Part shown: piece by piece, positions 56,814 to 64,000 of the stretch | Position numbering within the stretch: position 1 is the first letter of the stretch | Layout: each line of letters starts with the position of its first letter | Source of the DNA: Lentisphaeria bacterium | GTDB taxonomy: Bacteria; Verrucomicrobiota; Lentisphaeria; JABSQK01; JAWLHB01 | Length of the DNA stretch: 64,000 bases | Direction: 5' to 3' | Assembly (NCBI GenBank): GCA_041690595.1 | Contig: JAWLHB010000021.1 | Coordinates: 1-64,000 of the forward strand | Position numbers and translations under genes: made by a program | The notes under the pieces: generated by a model | What the model saw: the letters and a program-made list of their open reading frames with translations, nothing else | Told to the model about the DNA's origin: nothing | Database searches by the model: none

Positions 56814-56982
56814 GATAGATTCTCCTGGTTTCTGGTTACGGGGCCATTGACTGCCCTTAACTTGACCCGGGAGTATAGCATATCGCGGGCCAAACCAACC
56901 ATTCTGAGGCGGAATCGCACCGTTCCGCAACATCGGCACGCATGGTACCGCATGCAGGCTGTAAAGAATCCCTGACACTTTT

Positions 56983-58569
56983 TCAGTGGGCGCCGACCCG
57001 CTGCCTCCACTCTTCATAGAGTGTGGCCAGCCGCTCCGCGACGTCGGCATGCCGGTCGATCAGGTTGTTCAATTCGACCCGATCATGCTCGATCTCATAC
57101 AACTCCCAGGCGCGATCGTCATTGCGTCGGTCGCTCACCAGTTTCCAATTGCCCAGCCGAATGGCACGGTTGGTGTAGTGTTCCCAGCAGAACATGCGCT
57201 CGGGCGGATAATCTCCTTCACCCGTGAGGAGTGGCATCAGGCTGGTTCCTTCGCACGGCTGAATCTCCCGGCCGCCGAAGCATTGCGGATACTCGATCCC
57301 GGCCGCTTCGAGGAAGGTCGGCATGAAGTCGATCAGGTGCGCCGGCTGATGGCAGATCCCGGTCCGCCGCAGCCGCTCCGGCCATGACACAATCATCGGC
57401 GTTGCAATTCCCCCCTCGTGTGCCCACGACTTGTAGAGGCGGAACGGCGAGTTCGACGCGTTGGCCCACGGCAGATCGTAGCTCATGAAGGTGTGCATGC
57501 CGCCCGGCGTGCGCCGTCGCGAGTTGCCGACCGCGACTGGTCGCCCATCCGTCGCGGCCACGCTGTAGAACTCGGGCCATCTGCCGGTCTCCCCGTCCTC
57601 GCGCAGAAACTCCGCGCAGCCGCCGTTGTCCGAGAGGAAGACGATGAGCGTATTATCGAAGACCTGATGGTGCTCCAGCCGCTCCACAAGGCGGCCGATA
57701 TTCTGGTCCATGCGGTCTATTTGGGCTGCATAGGTGGCCATGCGCAGATCCTCCCACTCATGGTCGGGCGCATCCTGCCAAGCGGTGGCATCCGGATCTC
57801 GGGGCGAGAGGGGCCAGCGATCTTCCAGTATGCCCTCTTCCCGTAGTCGATAGTGACGCCGATGCCGGATCTCGTCCCACCCGCAACCATAGCGGCGCCG
57901 ATACCGCTCGATATCCGCCGGAAAAGCATGCAAAGGCCAGTGTGGCGCCGTATACGCGAGATAGAGGAAGAAGGGCTTCTCCTCTCCCACGGCGCGGTCC
58001 ACCTCCCGAATGGCATGATCGGTGACCGCATCCGTGAAGTAGTACTCCTCCTCATCTGGCGGCACGAAGCGATCGTCGTGCATCAGCGTAGGCGGATTGT
58101 AATAACTGCCCGCGCCGCAGAGCATCCCGTAGTAGCGCTCGAAACCGCGCTGCGTCGGCAGGGGATGCCCCTCGGTTCCCGCATCTCGCCGCCACTGCTG
58201 GGGATCGGGAATCGAATACTCCCCGCCCACATGCCATTTCCCCGACAGGATCGTCCGGTATCCGCCTGCCTGCAGCAGCTCGGCAATGGTCACCGCGTCG
58301 CTCCGCAGATACCCCTGATAAGCCGGACTCCCGCCGTTGCCGACCATGCCGCCGATGCCCGCCTGGTGTGGATACAACCCGGTCAGCAGGGTGGCCCTGC
58401 TCGGACAACAGCGGGCGCAGTTATACATCTGGCTGAAGCGCAGCCCCCGGGACGAAAGGCGGTCGAGAGCGGGCGTCGCAATCTCGCTGCCGAAGCAGCC
58501 GATGTCCGAGAAGCCCATATCATCCGCGAGGACCACGACGATGTTCGGGCGCCTGGCGGCGGCGTTCAT
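56983..58569 (-). CDS. Arylsulfatase (Cys-type, formylglycine-dependent)
   Basis: ADDMGFSD, CCPSRATLLTG, GKWHVG, APHWPLH, SDNG. Confidence 0.95.
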   Translation of the reverse strand: MNAAARRPNIVVVLADDMGFSDIGCFGSEIATPALDRLSSRGLRFSQMYNCARCCPSRATLLTGLYPHQAGIGGMVGNGGSPAYQGYLRSDAVTIAELLQAGGYRTILSGKWHVGGEYSIPDPQQWRRDAGTEGHPLPTQRGFERYYGMLCGAGSYYNPPTLMHDDRFVPPDEEEYYFTDAVTDHAIREVDRAVGEEKPFFLYLAYTAPHWPLHAFPADIERYRRRYGCGWDEIRHRRHYRLREEGILEDRWPLSPRDPDATAWQDAPDHEWEDLRMATYAAQIDRMDQNIGRLVERLEHHQVFDNTLIVFLSDNGGCAEFLREDGETGRWPEFYSVAATDGRPVAVGNSRRRTPGGMHTFMSYDLPWANASNSPFRLYKSWAHEGGIATPMIVSWPERLRRTGICHQPAHLIDFMPTFLEAAGIEYPQCFGGREIQPCEGTSLMPLLTGEGDYPPERMFCWEHYTNRAIRLGNWKLVSDRRNDDRAWELYEIEHDRVELNNLIDRHADVAERLATLYEEWRQRVGAH

Positions 58570-59552
58570 GCTTCCCCCTCATCGGTCAGGGTAGTCCAGT
58601 CGAAGAGGGTAAAGAGCTCGCTGGTGCGATGATGCAGATGATCCTGATAGGCAGCCTGGGCATCATGAGGATCGACCAGGCGCCAGTGTCCCTCCACCTG
58701 CAGCCGCCCTTCCGCCAGCCACTCCAGGGCCGTGGCGAAGTTGCCGAAGATGGAGCAGGGCGCGAAGTCGGAACGCTGTCGAGGCAGTTCCCATTCCCAG
58801 CCGCTGCGCAGGACGACGTACTTGTGAAAGACGAGGTGCAGCAGTTCATGGGCGGTGGCCGTCGTCTGGGGCTGCCAGGGCACGCCCACCAGCACCACCT
58901 CCCCACGCCGGCGCACGACCTGACACGCATCCAGCACCGCGGCTTCATGACCCGAACACTCCACCACCAGCGCCACGTCCCCCTGCAGATCCGGATCCTT
59001 CACCGGTATCCGGGGATAAACCTCCGTGATGCCACAGGCCGGCAGCAGTTCCCGCCGCCGGATGTCCGGCTCTACCCCCATCACCGCATAGCCCGACAGA
59101 TGAAAGATCTGAGCCGCAAGAAAGCCGACTGGCCCAAGGCCGGTGACAATGATCCGCTCACCCGGGCGCGCGGTCGTCGTCATCAGGGTGGTCATGGAGA
59201 CCCCCATGAGCCGCGCCAGTGGCGCGACCTCCGGCGCCAGTTCCGGCGGCACGATGACGGCTTCCTGCGCCGCCACGCATTGCCACGTGCGATGCGCGCC
59301 CATGCAGAAGAGGATCTCTCCCGGCTGCAGTTCCTCGACCCCCGCGCCCACCTCCGTCACTTCAAAGACGGCGGCATAGCCGGGATAGCCGGGAAAGGTG
59401 CGGCCATGGTAGAACCACGCCAGCTCCGTTCCCGGGCTCATCAGGGAATACAGGGTGCGGCCGACCACCTGGCCCGGCCCTGGCACGGGTGGTGGATCGA
59501 TCTCGACCAGGTCGGCCTGTTCATAGGCAGTCACGGCAATGGCGGCGTTCAC
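58566..59552 (-). CDS. Medium-chain (Zn-type) dehydrogenase family protein
   Basis: SPGTE, PGYAAV, GLGPVG Rossmann motif, VVECSG. Confidence 0.85.
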   Translation of the reverse strand: MNAAIAVTAYEQADLVEIDPPPVPGPGQVVGRTLYSLMSPGTELAWFYHGRTFPGYPGYAAVFEVTEVGAGVEELQPGEILFCMGAHRTWQCVAAQEAVIVPPELAPEVAPLARLMGVSMTTLMTTTARPGERIIVTGLGPVGFLAAQIFHLSGYAVMGVEPDIRRRELLPACGITEVYPRIPVKDPDLQGDVALVVECSGHEAAVLDACQVVRRRGEVVLVGVPWQPQTTATAHELLHLVFHKYVVLRSGWEWELPRQRSDFAPCSIFGNFATALEWLAEGRLQVEGHWRLVDPHDAQAAYQDHLHHRTSELFTLFDWTTLTDEGEA

Positions 59553-60385
59553 AGTTGCACTCCTTCGCGTCGTGCCACCGAGCGAATGTGCTCCGCGGCC
59601 AGGTGATATTCCGTTTCGTTCGGCAGATGCTCCAGCATGAGCGGCACATCCGGGCTCAGCTTCGACAACTCCCGCAGATAGAGCCCGTAGTCCAGCGTGC
59701 CCAGCCCCGGCCGCACTTCATCCAGGTGCACCGTCAGGTGATTCTGCAGCCGGATGTCCTTGGCATGGCAGGACTTGATCAAAGGGCCCAGCTTCTCGAA
59801 GCACTCCCGCAGCAGCTCGCCGTTGCGGAAACAGCGCCCCGGCGAGTTGATCAGGTTCACGGGATCCAGATGAACCGCCACCTGTGGCCGATCGATCGCC
59901 TTGAGCAGGGCCAGATACGAATCGGCGGAATCCGGGTACATCCACGGCATGGTCTCGAGGGTGTAGAAGCTTCGCTTCGGCTTCACGTCGTCAACGATCC
60001 CACGGATGCTCTCGACAACCGCATCGAACGCTTCGGTAGTCAGATCCTCTGGGCAGGGGCCATCCCATTTTTCCCCAAGCGAACCCACGATGTTGACGCA
60101 GCAACCGGCCCCGATTCGCTCCGCCAGATCCAGGCAGGCGCGGCACTTCGCCTTGGCCGCTTCCCGAATGGCGGGATCACGGCTCAGCGGATTGCTCCAG
60201 GCCCCCACCTCCGCAATGAGGATATCGGCGCGCTCCGCGGCCGCGCGAAATTCCGCCACGCACGTCGCGTCCGCCTCTGTCGTGACCGGACAATACGCCG
60301 CTCGATATCCGGCAGCCCTCACCGCGGCCACCCAACTCTCCGCATCGTTCTCGCGTGATGCACGAACTGGTCCACCCAAACGCAT
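59549..60385 (-). CDS. Sugar phosphate isomerase/epimerase (TIM barrel)
   Basis: AEVGAWSNP, LETMPW, HLDPVN, CHAKD, PGLGTLDY, LEH; SD ggagg. Confidence 0.88.
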   Translation of the reverse strand: MRLGGPVRASRENDAESWVAAVRAAGYRAAYCPVTTEADATCVAEFRAAAERADILIAEVGAWSNPLSRDPAIREAAKAKCRACLDLAERIGAGCCVNIVGSLGEKWDGPCPEDLTTEAFDAVVESIRGIVDDVKPKRSFYTLETMPWMYPDSADSYLALLKAIDRPQVAVHLDPVNLINSPGRCFRNGELLRECFEKLGPLIKSCHAKDIRLQNHLTVHLDEVRPGLGTLDYGLYLRELSKLSPDVPLMLEHLPNETEYHLAAEHIRSVARREGVQL

Positions 60386-60586
60386 AAGCACCTCCCTTTC
60401 CGGCTAAGCTGTTTTTACTACCACCGCAATGTAGCGCATCCACGCCGCGGGTGCAGCAAATTCCCCTCACAAAATTGAAATCCCCGGAAACGATTTCTTG
60501 GAATCGAGACATGAGCGCGTCATAGTCTTTGATCATCCCGGTTCAACCATCGACCGCTTGATCACAACCAGCAGGAGCCATCCTTC

Positions 60587-61732
60587 ATGCCGCGCGTACG
60601 ACTTGTCAGCCAGGGAGTCGCCTTCATGGGCGAGGCGGGGAGCCCGACCTCCAGTGCCTGCTTTGCCAGCTGCCATGTCACCGCGAGTGGCCGCTGGCTG
60701 GTGGCGCTTCGTGTGGCGCCGCGCAAGACGGATACTCGCCCCGAGCGGATTCTCATCACCTGGAGCGATGACGAAGGTAGCAGCTGGGCACCTCCTGCCG
60801 CGCCTTTCTCCGCCCCCGTCCATAACGACAGGCAAGGTACCTTTCGGCTGGCGAATCTGGGCGACCTCGGCAACGGCGTTGTGGGTGCCTCCCTGCTCTG
60901 GGTCGACGATTCGAATCCCGCGTTGCCATTCTTCAACGAAACGACCGAAGGGCTTCTCCTCTGCCGCCCCTTTCTCGCCATCTCGCGCGACGATGGCGCA
61001 TCCTGGGAGGGGCCGCGGTATCTCGATCCCGCTCCGTTCAGCATGCCAACGCCAATCACCGGGCCGGTCCTCGTCAACCGTGCAGGCGAATGGCTTCTGC
61101 AGTTCGAGACGCAGAAGCCCTACGACGATGCCGCCCCCTGGATTCAGAGCGCGGTCATGATGCGCTCCACCGACGGTGGCCGTACCTGGCCGGCCTGCAC
61201 GCGCGTCGCCCACGATCCCTCAGGACGCCTCTTCCACTGGGACATGCGCGCTCGGGTGCTGCCGGATGGGCGGATCCTGGCCACCTTCTGGATGTTCGAC
61301 CGCGAGAGCGCGGCTTACCGCAACATTCACATCGCCGAATCCCGGGACGGTGGTCACACCTGGTCACCTCCCTGGGACAGCGGCCTGCCCGGCCAGCCCG
61401 CGGCCATCACGCAGCTCAACGGCGGCGAACTCGCTTTGGTCCACGTCGATCGCGAATCCCTCCCCTGCATCAAGATGCGCCTGAGCAGCGACGGTGGCCG
61501 AAGCTGGCCCGAGGAGAGCGAGTTCGTCATTGCCCGGGCGGAGATCACGCAACAAGGCGCGAAGGGCTCCATGCAGGATGCGTGGACCGAGATGCAGAGC
61601 TTCAGCCTCGGCCTCCCGCAGACGTCCCCGCTGCCCGATGGCGACCTTCTTGTCACCTGGTATCAGGGGCAGACTACCGATCATACCGCCATTCACTGGG
61701 CTCGACTCCGCCGCCACCAGGCACGCGGTTGA
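60587..61732 (+). CDS. Sialidase-like BNR/Asp-box beta-propeller protein
   Basis: Five Asp-boxes: SDDEGSSW, SRDDGASW, STDGGRTW, SRDGGHTW, SSDGGRSW. Confidence 0.88.
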   Translation: MPRVRLVSQGVAFMGEAGSPTSSACFASCHVTASGRWLVALRVAPRKTDTRPERILITWSDDEGSSWAPPAAPFSAPVHNDRQGTFRLANLGDLGNGVVGASLLWVDDSNPALPFFNETTEGLLLCRPFLAISRDDGASWEGPRYLDPAPFSMPTPITGPVLVNRAGEWLLQFETQKPYDDAAPWIQSAVMMRSTDGGRTWPACTRVAHDPSGRLFHWDMRARVLPDGRILATFWMFDRESAAYRNIHIAESRDGGHTWSPPWDSGLPGQPAAITQLNGGELALVHVDRESLPCIKMRLSSDGGRSWPEESEFVIARAEITQQGAKGSMQDAWTEMQSFSLGLPQTSPLPDGDLLVTWYQGQTTDHTAIHWARLRRHQARG

Positions 61733-61735
61733 AGA

Positions 61736-62764
61736 TCATGCGGTGCCCAGCGCCGTCAGCTCGGCCGCCTCGCGGAAAACCCGCATGTTTCTATCCGAGG
61801 TACCCGGGGTGATTTCACAGCCAGCTGAGACGATGAGGCGCTCGTTGGCCTGCATCCAACAATCGGCGACATCCGCGGCAATGCGCGCCGGGGTGCCATC
61901 CTGGATAATGCTTACGGGATCAGTCTTGCCGCACAGGCGCTGACCAGGCCCCAGCAGCGGCGCAAATGGGGCCATCGAAGGGACCAGGTGATCCACATCG
62001 ACGATATCGGCACCGGTCGCGATCATGCCCTCCAGGATGGGTTTCGTGTTGCCGCAGATATGCAGCTTGGCGATCGCACCCAGGCTGTGAATGTGGTCCA
62101 CCATCTGCTTCTCACGCTCGAAGGCAAGCTGGCGATAGAGCCCCGGCCCAATCTGCGAGCAGAAGGCGTCGCCAATGCCGATGCAATGGGCGCCGGCTTC
62201 CACCTGCAGGGTGATGAACTCAAGGGCCGTGGTGACAATCGCATCCATCGCCTGGCTAACCGTTTCCGGATCGTCGAGGAAATCCATGGCGGCAGCCGTC
62301 GCGCCCCGCAGGTCGGCATATTCCGCCACGGGCCCCTCGACCCAGCCGACGATGAAATACCGATCGCCCACCCGCCGCTTGAACTCGGCAACCTCGGCGA
62401 TGCGGTTTACGCAGCGGGCATGCTCAAGCGGCTTGATCGGGGTCAGGCGTCGCACCGCCTCCAGGTCCGGCAAGTGCCCGCCCACGTCGAGAGGAAGCGC
62501 GTTCTCGGGGTATTCGATCTCAAGGCCGAATCCCGACGCTTCGCAGTAGGCATCGGACATCACGGTGACCCAGTCGAGATCGAAGTCATCCGCGCAGGTG
62601 ATCATTCCTTCACACTTGGCGCGATAGTCGGTGCAGAAGTCCCGATACTGGATTCCCGCATACTGGGCCGCCCACCGCATGATGATGGGGTGAAAGGGCA
62701 GACGATCCACCGGCTTGCCGGCGAGGAAGTTCAGGCTCCGTTGCAGTCCATTCATGCGCTCCAT
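61736..62764 (-). CDS. URO-D / MtaA-CmuA (MT2) methyltransferase family protein
   Basis: DAYCEA..FG, VEGP.AE..DLRG, IGIGDA, LHICGN, GKTDPV, AGCEI. Confidence 0.88.
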   Translation of the reverse strand: MERMNGLQRSLNFLAGKPVDRLPFHPIIMRWAAQYAGIQYRDFCTDYRAKCEGMITCADDFDLDWVTVMSDAYCEASGFGLEIEYPENALPLDVGGHLPDLEAVRRLTPIKPLEHARCVNRIAEVAEFKRRVGDRYFIVGWVEGPVAEYADLRGATAAAMDFLDDPETVSQAMDAIVTTALEFITLQVEAGAHCIGIGDAFCSQIGPGLYRQLAFEREKQMVDHIHSLGAIAKLHICGNTKPILEGMIATGADIVDVDHLVPSMAPFAPLLGPGQRLCGKTDPVSIIQDGTPARIAADVADCWMQANERLIVSAGCEITPGTSDRNMRVFREAAELTALGTA

Positions 62765-62852
62765 GTATCACCTCCGGAATCGGCCGTTGATATCGATTGA
62801 TGGTCGTCTTTCAGGCAAAATAGCTGTCCGGCAAGGGAATGCAATGACGCAG

Positions 62853-64000
62853 CTACTCCACAGGCGCCACGGGGTGGACCAGCAGGCGCCCCTCGCCGGG
62901 CTTCAGCTCGATCGTCTCGCCGCTCCAGTCGAGGCCGGGCAACGCCATGGTCCGGGTCAGACTGGTGGTGACCGGCTTGTCGGTCGGGTTGTTGACCGAA
63001 ACATGCCACAGTGGCGGCGCCTGGCCTTCGGCATCGCTCAGGCAGACCACTTCGATGAATAGCTCGCTGCCCGCCTCGTCGGCGATGACGGGCTGGCCGG
63101 CGACGAGGTGATGCAGCGCCGCCTGGCCGGTATGTATCGGGAAGTAGATGCGTCCGTCGAAGTCGGTGGCAAGGGAGCGGAAGCGATTCTGAGGTTTGCC
63201 GTAGCGGCCCGCGCCGACGTAGCCGTCCTTCTGCCAGAGGATGGCGCTCCAGCGTGGATTGAAGCCGCTGACACGGAAGGGCAGGTTGGCGTCGAGGTTG
63301 TCCCGCGAGCGGGGTACCTTGATCTCGACGGCGCCGTTGTCGGCGCTCAACTCGACGACGCCCGGCGGGGCGGCGATCCGCGCTCCGCGCAGCAGTTCCA
63401 GGCCATCGGGCTGCTCGAAGTAGCGGATCCAGCGCCGCAATTCCTCCGTCCCGGCAATCGGCCGATCCATGGGCCAGGCCGTCTGGAACCACTCGATGGT
63501 ACGGCTCTCTCCTGCCTTGACGGCCAGGCCGCCCGCGGGCAGTTCCTCGGTCAACCCCGTTCTTTCAGGCGAAACGGAGAGGATCAGCGGCACGCCGCGG
63601 TTCACCCACAGCAGGGAGTTGGATTCATTGGGCGAGATGGCCGCAACCCAGTCGCCGGTGTCGATGCGCCAGTTCACCGCGCCGGGTGCGACGCGCGGCG
63701 AGACATCGCGGGCATTGATCAGCGTGTCGCTCCGGCCGTGTACGAGCATGACATTCACCGGCAGCGCTCTGCGCCACTCGTAGCCGAGCATGGCAAGATT
63801 CAGGTCAAGATCCTGCTTGAAGGTGTTGATCTGGGTATAGAGAGTGGCGGTCGGCCCCAGAGAGCGGCCCATCGGTCCCCAGCCAACGGCGGTGCCGTCC
63901 TGATACTGAGCCCAGAGAGTGAAGATCCCTTCCATGTCCACCAGCTCGATGGGCGCAATCGGTCCGAAACCGCTCCAGGGATTGCGGTGCGGTGAACCAG
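62853..64000 (-). CDS. C-terminal part of a large hypothetical protein (5' end outside the window)
   Basis: Frame stays open from 62853 to the window edge; GC-biased codon usage; no family recognised. Confidence 0.75.
   Translation of the reverse strand, partial: GSPHRNPWSGFGPIAPIELVDMEGIFTLWAQYQDGTAVGWGPMGRSLGPTATLYTQINTFKQDLDLNLAMLGYEWRRALPVNVMLVHGRSDTLINARDVSPRVAPGAVNWRIDTGDWVAAISPNESNSLLWVNRGVPLILSVSPERTGLTEELPAGGLAVKAGESRTIEWFQTAWPMDRPIAGTEELRRWIRYFEQPDGLELLRGARIAAPPGVVELSADNGAVEIKVPRSRDNLDANLPFRVSGFNPRWSAILWQKDGYVGAGRYGKPQNRFRSLATDFDGRIYFPIHTGQAALHHLVAGQPVIADEAGSELFIEVVCLSDAEGQAPPLWHVSVNNPTDKPVTTSLTRTMALPGLDWSGETIELKPGEGRLLVHPVAPVE

Noticed and set aside
1..64000. tRNA, rRNA, transposase, prophage or known defence genes
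   Set aside because: None recognised by eye; tRNAscan-SE, Infernal and DefenseFinder runs would be needed to exclude them formally

Overview
GC-rich bacterial chromosomal window. The HU sequence, BatA/vWA proteins, and sulfatase and URO-D-like paralogs suggest the PVC superphylum, possibly Lentisphaerae or Kiritimatiellae; this is inference only. About 55 genes: a vWA/BatA pair, a sigma54 activator, an SprT-DUF2786 protein, folE-folB, HU, hisS, an exopolysaccharide export locus (orphan secreted protein, OM beta-barrel, short OPX, Wzc, O-antigen-ligase-like protein, priming glycosyltransferase), DUF438, an AraC/PhyH/URO-D cluster, two hybrid kinases, panD-nadA, fba, a menC-like gene, ilvB, a flagellar hook/motor operon, a SET-domain gene, ppnP and a sulfatase/sialidase catabolic cluster. 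No rRNA, tRNA, CRISPR array or transposase was seen. Most notable: (1) a sigma54-type flagellar operon with one Na+-type MotA and two MotB paralogs that look complementary. One keeps the essential Asp but has lost the peptidoglycan-binding motif; the other has Ser at the Asp position but keeps part of that motif, suggesting a possible heterodimeric stator. (2) An unannotated ivbL-like leader peptide upstream of ilvB whose helices appear to end in Shine-Dalgarno sequestration rather than a U-tailed terminator. (3) A multi-stem candidate structured RNA upstream of the SET-domain gene. (4) A membrane protein plus a sensorless kinase-like gene where fliO usually sits. (5) A membrane-anchored ACP-like protein with no phosphopantetheine Ser. 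All family calls come from recognising motifs by eye; no searches were run.
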